From Eledone cirrhosa (taxonomy: Eukaryota), in contig OZ024741.1 of assembly GCA_964016885.1 (NCBI GenBank), positions 157,604,001 to 157,668,000 on the forward strand: a DNA stretch of 64,000 nucleotides, in the 5' to 3' direction. Positions 12,020-23,323 of this stretch are shown here, one piece after another (positions within the stretch are counted from its first letter, which is position 1; each line of letters opens with the position of its first letter). The translations under genes were made by a program, and so were the position numbers. Under the pieces are notes generated by a model. The model made no database searches and was not told the origin of the DNA. It saw nothing but the letters and a program-made list of their open reading frames with translations.

Positions 12020-12443
12020 TCTACTAATGTAATAGCCTTGTGTATTTGTCCGTCACACACTAGAGATGACTGAGGAAGGAAGGGATGATTATGTCGACTG
12101 AGGAAGGAAGGGATGATTACATCGACTGAGGAAGGAAGGGGTGATTATGTTGGCTGAGGAAGGAAGGGGTGATTACGTCGGCTGAGGAAGGAAGGGGTGA
12201 TTATGTTGACTGAGGAAGGAAGGAATGATTACGTCAACTGAGGAAGGAAGGAGCATCTAATGCACACACATCTATGTGATGACTGAGGAAGTGGGGTGGA
12301 CTATAGAAGTCCAGCATTCTAAGATTTGGTCACAGCTGTGTGTCGCTTTGTATCACTTGTGTGAGTGAGTGTGAAGTAACCAACAAACATCTCTTTTTTA
12401 TATTATGTATAGCCATCATTTTTGACGGCACAGGGCCAGCTAG
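12020..12443 (+). mobile_element. Non-autonomous Helitron carrying a 28-bp minisatellite
   Basis: A|TC start at 12020; CTAG|T end at 12443; subterminal hairpin GCCATCA...TGACGGC (12412-12429); TGAGGAAGGAAGG recurs every 28 bp from 12071 to 12239. Confidence 0.6.
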
Positions 12444-12672
12444 TATAATAGATAATAAACAATCATAGAACAAACAATAAGTCATCAGACAAGTAGATGG
12501 TCAACAATCATGGAGCAAGCAAAAAGTCATCATATGGTAGATAATAAATAATCATGGAGCCATAAGTCATCAGACAGTAGATGGCAAATAATCATGAGGC
12601 AAGCAATAAGTCATCAGACAGTTGATAATAAACAATCCTGGAGTAAGCAATAAGTCCTCATACAATAGTTGA
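12442..12672. repeat. ~40-bp degenerate tandem repeat (GATAATAAACAATCATGGAGCAAGCAATAAGTCATCAGACA-like)
   Basis: About 5 imperfect units. Confidence 0.7.
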
Positions 12673-13001
12673 TGATTCAGCGAAAACCTCCTTGGTATCT
12701 GATATATCTGATGTCAATGTAAAATGCTTCAATGTTTATGTATTCTCTTATAACTACTCTGTTGTGGATTTAAGTACTGATGGTTTTTTTTTTCTATGTT
12801 TATATATCTGATGCCAATTTTACTTATATATACATGTGTGTGTGTATGTATGTGTATATATTATATATATATATAAAAACATATATATATATATACAGAG
12901 AGGGGGGAGATACATATATATGTGAGTGTGTGTATGTATGTCAGTATGCATGTGTGTGTATGTGTGTATATATATATATATGTATACATACACATGCACA
13001 C

Positions 13002-13085
<84 letters not shown>

Positions 13086-13439
13086 GAACACATGATTGAT
13101 TGCAGGAGAAAAATTATCCAAAGCACATCAGTAGTTTTCAATTATCAACATTCACTTTATTTGTTCTTGTATATTATTTGCTATCGTGTGTCTGAAGCTA
13201 TATGTATTCTTAATTAAAGCAAACTGAAAAAGACACTCTCTTTATTATTATCATCACCATCACCATTATTATTATTTCTCTTTCTTACTAACAAAGTTAG
13301 TGGACTATTACTTAGGTTTTATTATGTTTTAATAGCTCAGCCCAGTATCGTATATGTAAAAGAAACTATATTGGTTTCCTGGCAATAAGGTGAAGTGAAA
13401 TAATTAAAGACTTCTTCTCATACCACCACCTAGAGTCAG

Positions 13440-14180
13440 TTCTACCTGGAAGGTCAGTTAGGTAGCCACCTAGGGTACAGACTTCAGGGAAGTGATGCAA
13501 CGATGAAGTCCAGCTAAGCAGCCACCTCAGGTACAGACCTCAGAGAGGTGCATTACTGAAGTTTGACCCTATAGCATTTATATTACTCTATATTTACTAT
13601 TATATTTTCACAGTAATAGCTTTACCTCATATAATTATCTCACATAATATCGAATCTACAAGATTTTGATATTATATATTTTGAGAACAATACCTTAACA
13701 TAAGTATGAGTGGCCAGTAATGGCCGGTTTGAACAGAAAGAGGTGAGAGAATTCTGGCTGGATGTAGCTGGTTTAAATGCTAAAGGGTTAAAGGATCGCA
13801 GATTTATACAGGGTTAGTGCTAACATTAATGCCAACTAATTAGTCACCTTGGGTGCAGACCTTAGAAAGGTACATTACCAAACCTTAATGTATCACAGGT
13901 TTATACAGAGTTGGTGCCAACATTAAGGCCAACTAGGCAACCATCGTGGGTGCTGACCCTAGTGAGGTACATTACTGAACCTTAAAGGATCAGTTTTATA
14001 CAAATTTGAAAAATTCAATTAAATATAAAATGATTACCTGTAATCAGTAAATAAATTACTAAATATCTTTGCCACTTGGCAATATTGTGGAAATATCCAA
14101 AGTGGTGGAGAAGGTTGTATGGTGTTATATGATTTGGCATAGATGTATGTGAACTGTGTAGTGGAAAATGTAAGCTTAAT
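13440..14180. repeat. Dispersed repeat with internal tandem units; related copy at 52180-52440
   Basis: Shared GGCCAACTAGGCA..CAGACCT..GGTACATTACTGAA..AATTAAATATA..GTGGTGGAGAAGG..TATGGTGTTAT. Confidence 0.6.
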
Positions 14181-14294
14181 AATTGTCTTAGTGTGGTCAG
14201 AGCAGGAACTATCAAAATCTAAGTTTGTCAGCTTGCCAAGCTAAAGTTGAAAATATTCAATTTGGGAGAATGGGGCACATAAATGGGAGAAGGG

Positions 14295-14610
14295 CATGTG
14301 CATTGTAGGACTTGCCTAGGATGCCTAAATAGCCAGAGACACATTAGAGGACTTCCCTGGGGCATTAAATACTTAGGCACACATTTTAGGTCTTGACTAA
14401 GATGCTAAATAGCCAGGCACACATGGTAAAACTGGCCTAGAGCACTAAAAAGCCAGGCACACATTAGAGAATTCACCTTGGGCATTAAATACCAAGGCAC
14501 ACATTTAGGTCTAACCTAAGCTGCTAAATAGTCAGGCACAAATTGTAAAGTTGGCCCAAGGCACTAAACATTGTAAGGCTAGCCTAGGGTACTGAATAGC
14601 CAGGCACCAG
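14295..14610. repeat. ~40-bp degenerate tandem repeat (AAATAGCCAGGCACACATT...)
   Basis: About 7 imperfect units. Confidence 0.7.
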
Positions 14611-14780
14611 TCAAGGTTCACTATTACAACTTCCATTTCCAAAGAATACCCAGTAGTTATGTTCTTTTATTCTCTTATTCTTTTATTTATTGATTTCAAT
14701 AGAAACCATTCTAAAAAAAGGGGCCGAGAGGACTCTTTAGTTGTGTTAAGGGCATGACAACCTCACTAATGTTGGTGATC

Positions 14781-15129
14781 TACTCCCAGATGCCAAATAA
14801 TGGTGGGGGATAAGCAGTGAGGTGGACATTTGCTTAACTTCTTATAAGCAGGGGTGGTGGAATTGGTAATTGTATAGTGTACTTTCGTAAATATGGGATT
14901 TCTTGTAATATTCTTTTTTTGTCATATGTAATGATTTTTAATGTAAAATAAAATTGATTAGATTGTCCAGCTGCTGTATCTATACGAATCACTTACAATA
15001 AAATTTTGCTGGAGATAGATTAGCAAAATTCAATAAGCGGGAGGGGGGAGGGCTGAATAATAGTGGGGAGGGGCTGGAATTTGAAAAATTAATAAGCAAG
15101 GATGAACGATTATTCAAGATCTGAAAGTA
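14781..15129. mobile_element. Old MITE-like DNA element with imperfect TIRs
   Basis: TACTCCCAGATGCCAAATAAT versus reverse complement of ATTATTCAAGATCTGAAAGTA. Confidence 0.4.
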
Positions 15130-15199
15130 TTTGATAAAGGCATTGTTTTATGATCATTGAGTAACAAACAACTTTCTTAGATTCACTATAATGTTGTTG

Positions 15200-16331
15200 T
15201 CTATCTGTCAGTCACTCTGTCATTTGTTAGTCAGACCATCTATCAGTCTATTTATTAATCTGTCTATCAGTCAGTCAGTGTGTCTTTCTGTCCATCTATC
15301 TGTGAATTGTTAGCCTATCAGTCTGTCTATCAGTCTGTCTATTAGTCTGTCTATCAGTCTGTCTATCAGTCTGTCTATCAGTCTGTCTATCAGTCAGTCT
15401 ATCAATCAGTCTATCAGTCAGTCTACCAGTCTGTCTATCAGTCAGTCTATCAGTCTATCTATCAGTCTATCAGTCAGTCTATCAGTCTATCAGTCAGTCT
15501 ATCAGTCAGTCTATCAGTCTGTCTATCAGTCAGTCTATCAGTCTGTCTATCAGTCAGTCTATCAGTCAGTCTATCAGTCTATCAGTCTGTCTATCAGTCA
15601 GTCTATCAGTCTGTTTATCAGTCAGTCTATCAGTCTATCAGTCAGTCTATCAGTCAGTCTATCAGTCTGTCTATCAGTCAGTCTATCAGTCTGTCTATCA
15701 GTCAGTCTATCAGTCAGTCTATCAGTCTATCAGTCTGTCTATCAGTCAGTCTATCAGTCTGTTTATCAGTCAGTCTATCAGTCTGTCTATCAGTCAGTCT
15801 ATCAGTCTGTCTATCAGTCTATCAGTCTGTCTATCAGTCAGTCTATCAGTCTGTTTATCAGTCAGTCTATCAGTCTGTCTATCAGTCTGTCTATCAGTCA
15901 GTCTATCAGTCAGTCTATCAGTCTGTCTATCAGTCAGTCTATCAGTCTGTCTATCAGTCTATCAGTCAGTCTATCAGTCAGTCTATCAGTCTGTTTATCA
16001 GTCAGTCTATCAGTCTGTCTATCCGTCCGTTTATCAGTCAGTCTATCAGTCTATCAGTCTATCAGTCAGTCTATCAGTCTGTCTATCAGTCAGTCTATCA
16101 GTCTATCAGTCTATCTATCAGTCTATCAGTCAGTCTATCAGTCTGTCTATCAGTCAGTCTATCAGCCTATCAGTCAGTCTATCAGTCAGTCTACCAGTAT
16201 GTCTATCAGTCTGTCTATCAGTCAGTCTATCAGTCTATCAGTCAGTCTGTCTATCAGTCAGTCTGTCTATCAGTCTGTCTATCAGTCAGTCTATCAGTCT
16301 GTCTATCAGTCTACCAGTCTGTCTATCAGTC
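15200..16331. repeat. Compound (CTAT/CAGT/CTGT)n satellite, block 1 (degenerate left edge)
   Basis: Units CTATCAGT, CTGTCTATCAGT, CAGTCTATCAGT. Confidence 0.95.
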
Positions 16332-16527
16332 GCTGGGTAAGTTCTGCCTAAATTTCTATCGAAATTCCTAACTGTGAACCTTCATTTTTATATCAACTTG
16401 TAGAGGGACTGCCAGGTCAAACTTTCATCTGGTCAGTCTCTCAAAATATTCTACGCCTTTAGGCGAAATAGTATATAACAAGTTTTTTTTTTGGGGGGGG
16501 GGGGGGGGGCTAACATTTAAAAAAGAA

Positions 16528-18210
16528 ATGACTAAAGTTTCTTCACTAACATTCGAAGGAGGAAAGGGGAAGATATGCTTACAGCTTCCCCCTGCCACTG
16601 TCATAGTTACAGATGTCAACGACAAAGGTCAGCCAGAGGTAGAATTTGCCATGGCAACAAATCAAAACAACATAACCAGCGGCACCAGCAACAACAATGC
16701 TATGACCGAAAACACAACATCACAAATGAATTCTGCAACCACAGATAAAGCAATTGAGAACTACAACAACAACAACAACAACAATGACAACAACAACAAC
16801 AGCAACAATGATGACAACAACACCAACAGCAGCAACAATAATGACAACAACACCAACAAGAACAACTCCACAAACAAGGAAAAAAAGGTTTCGTTTGCAC
16901 AAACTGTCCAAAAGACTGACATCTCTAATGCCGGAGAATTGCTAAGAGATGCCAAGCAATATATAACTTTTGGGGAGAAGGGCGCTTTTAGCATCACTTC
17001 TCCCCAAGAATTGCGTAGAGACACTGTCCTGAAGACCATAGTTTTTAGGACAATCTCAAATACCACCAGAAAACCAGCTCAATTAACTCAAAACGAAATT
17101 GAGCTGGTTCTAAGAAACTCCATAAAGGACATTGCCTTCATACAGAAGGGAATACTCTTCGGGAGTTTATCAATAATAATGAAAGACCAATTGACGGCAC
17201 AGAAATATTCTGTGTCGCCAATTGTGTCCCCCCTCTACACCTTTTTCCCCACATACATGGGGAAAAGGAGCCAAAAAATAAAAATAAGCATCACACCAAA
17301 TGTAAACATCTGGTGGATAATAGCTGGTTTCATCAATTTTGATGAAGACACAATAATTTCGGTAGGAAAGTCCTCCAGGGGCATATTCAACGGTACAAGC
17401 TTAGAAGTTCTGGTCCAAATGAGACCAGAACGGATAGCTAGAATACCACAACGTGTGCCTCTCGATGGAAATTCCTACATAAACATTTCTGTTGAGGGTA
17501 GGCGGCCTTCATGTTACCACTGTTTAAGCAGTGGTCACCTGAGCGCTTCCTGTCCTCAATTAACTGCATTGAAAAAAAAGGCACTACTGCCGACACCCAA
17601 CACAACAACACAACCACTACCACCACCACAACAACAACAACAACACACAAAAACAAACCAGACTGCAAACACAGTCCCACCCAACCCCTCCCCACCTAAA
17701 ACAACTCCAGAAACACCCACACACATAACAGCTCCTCAAAATGTACCCCTCCCCAACAACACGGATGAGGCCTCATTATCGTCACCCAGTGACGATGAGG
17801 GAGAGCCTTTCCGACCAGTAAAAATAAAAAAGAAAAGACATAACACAAACAAAAATGCAACAAACACACAAACACCAATACAAGCGACGCAAACAGCACA
17901 AACAAAAACACCCCCTCCTGAAAACAAAACACCTACTACAAAACGTAAACACACACAAGAACCACAGAAAAAAAGCAACACAACACAACAAAAATGTTAC
18001 ACCTACATAAATACTAACAATAAAACTTTAACAGACACCATATATAAAAACCCTTCGGTCTCCACCGAAGGGAAAACTTTTACACACTCTGCGGAGAATC
18101 CTAATCTTAAAATGATTAGGATCTCCATGGACACACATAAACAGTTAAAGGAAAAATTTCCTAACGACGTAGGAACCCCTGCGTCAAACCCTATAACCGC
18201 GTCCTTTTGA
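16528..18210 (+). CDS. Copy A ORF1: poly-Asn N-terminus, CCHC knuckle, Pro/Thr linker, basic patch
   Basis: CYHCLSSGHLSASC; homologous to ORF1 of B and D; frameshift near 18180 (NRVLLK continues in another frame). Confidence 0.8.
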   Translation: MTKVSSLTFEGGKGKICLQLPPATVIVTDVNDKGQPEVEFAMATNQNNITSGTSNNNAMTENTTSQMNSATTDKAIENYNNNNNNNDNNNNSNNDDNNTNSSNNNDNNTNKNNSTNKEKKVSFAQTVQKTDISNAGELLRDAKQYITFGEKGAFSITSPQELRRDTVLKTIVFRTISNTTRKPAQLTQNEIELVLRNSIKDIAFIQKGILFGSLSIIMKDQLTAQKYSVSPIVSPLYTFFPTYMGKRSQKIKISITPNVNIWWIIAGFINFDEDTIISVGKSSRGIFNGTSLEVLVQMRPERIARIPQRVPLDGNSYINISVEGRRPSCYHCLSSGHLSASCPQLTALKKKALLPTPNTTTQPLPPPQQQQQHTKTNQTANTVPPNPSPPKTTPETPTHITAPQNVPLPNNTDEASLSSPSDDEGEPFRPVKIKKKRHNTNKNATNTQTPIQATQTAQTKTPPPENKTPTTKRKHTQEPQKKSNTTQQKCYTYINTNNKTLTDTIYKNPSVSTEGKTFTHSAENPNLKMIRISMDTHKQLKEKFPNDVGTPASNPITASF

Positions 18211-18511
18211 AATGTTTCCCCACCCCCACCCCAGACACTCCCACCCAGACGCCCAAACCCCACCTGACACCCCCTCCCCACCAAACATATCCGTCCCCAC
18301 CCCGCCAGAGACCACCACCCCACCAAAAAACCCCTCCAACACCCCCATGGAAATTGTGCAGCCTGGTCCCCAGGAGACGAAGAGAAACCACCACCCCATC
18401 AAACATACCCTCCAACACCTCCATGGAAATTGTGCAGCCTGATCCCCAGGAGACGAAGAGCCCGATACCCAGGACGCAGAGAGGTAAGTGCCTTTTCTCT
18501 TCACCACCAAC

Positions 18512-21500
18512 ATGGCTGTGCTAAGAGTAGGCTGTCTAAATGTGCGTGGCCTGGGCTCAACTTGGAAGCAAGCAGTGCTTCTAAATGACCTGAGGTCACA
18601 ACGTATAGATGTGATGGTTATTTGCGAGGCCCGGATCAGCAATGTGCGACAGCTGACCCCCACCTTTGATGACTTTGAGATGCACGCATCTCTCTGTCAG
18701 CCAGGAGGTGGGGGTGGGGTTGACGTTCTGCTGCAAAAACATCTGGGTTTCGCAACACAGATGGTACATTTGGACCCGGAGGGTCGACTAGGGGTTCTGG
18801 ACCTTGGCAGTGGTGAAGGCGGAGCGTTTAGGCTGGTAGCCGTCTACGGCCCTTTCGGGTCAACGCGGCCGGACTTCTTCCATCGTCTAGAGACTTTTCT
18901 GGGGACGTCCCGCTCCTTGCTATTAGTGGGGGACTGGAATGGTATCCTAGATGCACGTTAGGACTACGTAGGGGCCTGTCTCGATAGAGAGGGGTGTAAC
19001 AGCCTCAAAGGATTAATCGGTCGATTTGACCTGGCCGATAGATATCGACTAGATTTTCCGACTGCGCCAACCTGGACTTGGGCAAACCGCAACGGATCAT
19101 CTAGGTCGTACCTAGATAGGTTCTTAGTTAGAAATAAGGATAAGGACTTTGTAAGTTGTCCAAAAATGCTCATGGTTGGCTATTCAGTCCACAAGTTAGT
19201 GACCTGCATGGTCAACCTTGACAGAACGCATAAACAGGGACCCGGTTACTGGAAGCTCAACTTGTCCTTACCGGCAAGTAAGGCTTACGGGGACCGGATT
19301 AGCACTTTAGTTAAAGAGCTGTTGACGGGCGCCATCGTCAACAGCAGGTGGTGGGGATCTCTCAAAAGAGAGATTAGAATAGTCTCTATAGAATATAGTA
19401 AGGAGTTAGCCTCAATTAGAAATAGGAAGGAAAGGGAGTTGGTAGATAATGTAGAAGAGGCAATTAGAAGCGGTGACGTGGCCAGAGTACTAGCGTCGAG
19501 AACGGCCCTGGGCCAGTTTTTCATTGCAAAACACGAAGGCTGCATCGTGCGAAGCAAAATACGTACCCTGGGAAACGAGGGGACCAAAGCTGTTAGCTGG
19601 GCCCGCGTGACAGAAGCCAAAAGAGGGATTAGATCCACTATCCGGTCTTTGCGAGACCAGGATGGGCGGGTGATCCTTGAATCTAGGTAGATGTGGGAGG
19701 CTTTTCAAAAGCACCTTGCCAGATTGTTCGGAAGGGGCGGGGAGCCGATTGGGGAAGTGGACTTCGGTCCATACCTCGACGGCCTGCCGCGTCTCTCGGA
19801 TAGGGAGGCGAAGTCCTGCGAGGAGCCGATTTCAGCCGCTGAGATAGAGGACGTGCTGAGCCATTGCGGCAAACGCAAATCCCCGGGTCTCGATGGTCTT
19901 CCATACAAACTATATCTATCTATGCCAGACTTGTTCCCCGACCCCCTCAAGGCGGTCTACTGCAACTGGCAACAGAACGGGAGAATTGCCTGTGCTGTGA
20001 CCAAGGGCGTAGTCATGCTAGTGAGGAAGGACGAGAACAAGGGGGACGATATAAATAATTTCAGGCCCATAACTCTGCTAAATACAGAGTTACAGATTTT
20101 GGCCAAGATGCTAGCAAAGAGGTTGGCGCTTGTCGTGGGCAACCTGGTGGGAGATGCGCAGACATGTGCTATCCCGTCTAGGTCCATCCACGACAACCTC
20201 CACCTCATGCGATACATCATAGAGAGGGTTGGGAACGAACCCAGCTTTGGTGGGGCCCTGATCTACTTGGATCAATATAAGGCGTTCGATAGGGTCGACC
20301 ATGGTTACCTGGATGCGGTGCTAGCGGCGGCAGGCTTCGGACCCGTTTTCAGGGGCTGGATCAATGCCATGCACAGCAGCCGCATCTGCTCTAGGGTCAA
20401 AGTGAACGGCTACCTCTCGGAGCCGTTCGAAATCGCGCGGTCCATCCTCCCCTCTGTATGTAATGACTCTAGAGCCACTGCTGCGGAAGTTGGAGTTGTT
20501 GCAGGGCATCCCGTTGGAACCGGGATTGCGGAAAGCGGCGTCGGCCTACGCCGATGACGTAACAGTAATGGTGTCGATGGCCTCCCAAATCGGGGCGATC
20601 GGCACCTTACTGGAGGAGTACGAAAGGTTTACAGGGGCTAAGCTGAACCAGGACAAGTCGATCGGCCTGCAACTCGGCACGTGGAGGGGCAAATCGATGC
20701 CCTCCGATGGCGTCGTCGGGCGCCGGTGAAGTTGCTCGGGGTCTGGTTCGGACCAGACCTCCAGGTGGAGAAGAACTGGGGTGAGGTAACGAACAGGGTG
20801 TTTGCACTGACCCAGAAGTGGGCCGAGTGCAAACTATCCCTGAAAGGTCGGGCGGACACTTCTATAGCGTCCGTCATCTACTACCGCATGACCGTCGTGC
20901 CTTGTCCAAGGGAAACGCTAGCCAAAATGGAGCGCGCGCTCTTCCAATTCCTTTGGAAGAAGTGGGCTCCTATGGTCAACACCCTTCGAAAGGAAGGCTG
21001 GGGATGCCGTGGCTAATGATACGTAAACACGCATTAAGGCTACGGCACCTCCAGGTATTCCTCACCGGTCAACCGGTGTGGGCCCCGTTTGCGAGCCTTT
21101 CCCAGACTCGTCTCGCTCACCGAGCTGCAATCCTGGGTCAAGCAAAGACCGAGAAAACTGGGCGCCTGGCACACCGTGTGTGCCCAGGCGCTCACGACTC
21201 TCTGGCAGGCGGACCCGGCTGTCAGTGGAGAATCCACCTCGTCATTCTATAGAGGGCTGGTGGTTAGCAGGTGCGACGACGCCCTCGAAGAAGCCCTAGG
21301 CATGGAGGAAGACGAACTGGCCAACCTGTTCGGTAGAACATTCAGCCCGGGACCCATGGATAACTTCCAGAGGTCCCTGGCCTGGCAGTGCTACCGAGGG
21401 GCTCTTCCCGTTCGAGAAAGGCTCTACAGACACGGGCGCCCGGGTAGGGACCCCTCGAAAAAGATCTGTCCCAGATGCGTGTGCGACGAAGAAACCGTTG

Positions 21501-21881
21501 CACACGCATTGGTACACTGCTCGCATTGCCGATCTGTGGGGCTATGTCGAACAACTGCTGTCAAGGGTGGGACCGATCCGGTTGACCACCGAGTCTATTG
21601 TAACGATCAAGCGCCCTCCCCTCTTCAAAAACAAAGATGAAACGGTGTTTCTGTGCGTAATAGCCATGGCGAAAGAGGTTGTATGGTGGACGCGTCTGAA
21701 AGGACTGAGGTCAGACACCTTTCTCTCTGGCCAACAACTGGTCCGTTTCTTCCGATATCATTTCGGAAGAAGGATCAAGATGGAGAGAGAGGTGCTGCAC
21801 CCCAGCCGTTTTTATGAAAGATGGCTGAAAGTGGCGAGAATGGCCCGTGTGAATGGGCCTTCACTCTACATCAGACTATAG
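18512..21881 (+). pseudogene. Copy A ORF2 (APE endonuclease, RT, Cys-His motif), broken by stops and deletions
   Basis: CLNVRGL, GDWN, KSPGLDGLP, FRPITLLN, KAFDRVDH, AYADDV, CPRC..ETVAHAL; stops at 18961 and 19690; several frameshifts. Confidence 0.9.
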
Positions 21882-22128
21882 GTGAGAAATATGAAAGATC
21901 AAGGGAGCACCCCCTCTCTGTGCTCCTGAGGAGAAGAGTTGCACACTTTTTTCGGGGGGGGGGGGGGGGGGTACGACCCCCCAAGGCGCCTCTTCCCTAT
22001 TGAGGATTTTGTTATTAAATTTATATCTTGTTATTGCCTCCTCCTTATTGAGGACGCCTTTTTATGTAAACTCCTTCCATTGTACTTGTCCCACTCTTTG
22101 ATGCCATGGTAGCAAATAAAAAGGAAGT

Positions 22129-23121
22129 TAGTCTATCAGTCTATCAGTCTGTCTATCAGTCTATCAGTCTGTCTATCAGTCTATCAGTCTGTCTATCAGT
22201 CTACCAGTCTGTCTATCAGTCTACCAGTCTGTCTATCAGTCTACCAGTCTGTCTATCAGTCTATCAGTCTGTCTATCAGTCTATCAGTCTGTCTATCAGT
22301 CTGTCTATCAGTCTGTCTATCAGTCTACCAGTCTGTCTATCAGTCTGTCTATCAGTCTGTCTATCAGTCTACCAGTCAGTCTATCAGTCTGTCTATCAGT
22401 CTGTCTATCAGTCTACCAGTCTGTCTATCAGTCTATCAGTCTGTCTATCAGTCTATCAGTCTGTCTATCAGTCTACCAGTCTGTCTATCAGTCTACCAGT
22501 CTGTCTATCAGTCTACCAGTCTGTCTATCAGTCTATCAGTATGTCTATCAGTCTACCAGTCAGTCTATCAGTCTGTCTATCAGTCTGTCTATCAGTCTAC
22601 CAGTCTGTCTATCAGTCTGTCTATCAGTCTGTCTATCAGTCTACCAGTCAGTCTATCAGTCTGTCTATCAGTCTGTCTATCAGTCTATCAGTCTGTCTAT
22701 CAGTCTACCAGTCTGTCTATCAGTCTATCAGTATGTCTATCAGTCTACCAGTCAGTCTATCAGTCTGTCTATCAGTCTGTCTATCAGTCTATCAGTATGT
22801 CTATCAGTCTACCAGTCTATCTATCAGTCTGTCTATCAGTCTGTCTATCAGTCTGTCTATCAGTCAGTCTATCAGTCTGTCTATCAGTCAGTCTATCAGT
22901 CAGTCTATCAGTCTGTCTATCAGTCTACCAGTCTGTCTATCAGTCTATCAGTATGTCTATCAGTCTACCAGTCAGTCTATCAGTCTGTCTATCAGTCTGT
23001 CTATCAGTCTACCAGTCAGTCTATCAGTCTGTCTATCAGTCTGTCTATCAGTCAGTCTATCAGTCTATCAGTATGTATATCAGTCTATTAGTCTGTCTAT
23101 CAGTCTATCTATCAGTCTATC
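22129..23121. repeat. Satellite block 2 (rich in CTACCAGT and CAGTATGT variants)
   Basis: Direct reading. Confidence 0.95.
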
Positions 23122-23323
23122 TTGATAGAGTGAGACACGCTTCACATCGGCTCTGCTATTCTATCGGAATTTACCCTTACTATAGTAAGTACCAGTGAAT
23201 TTTTTCAGTGCAACACATTTGGAACACTTACCCCTGTTATTTAGGGAAACATTTTTACATTTACCCCCTTTTTAGGGGGTAAAATAAATAACTATTTTTC
23301 TGTAAAACTTCTTTCTTGGACGC

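Larger units (their letters stand above)
16332..22128 (+). mobile_element. L1/Tx1-type non-LTR retrotransposon copy A (full length, decayed)
   Basis: 5'UTR, CCHC ORF1, disrupted APE-RT ORF2, AATAAA at 22115-22120, then satellite. Confidence 0.92.

Noticed and set aside
22106-23198. SVYQ/SISL repeat ORFs (also 37952-38761)
   Set aside because: A consequence of the stop-free satellite strand, not evidence of a gene
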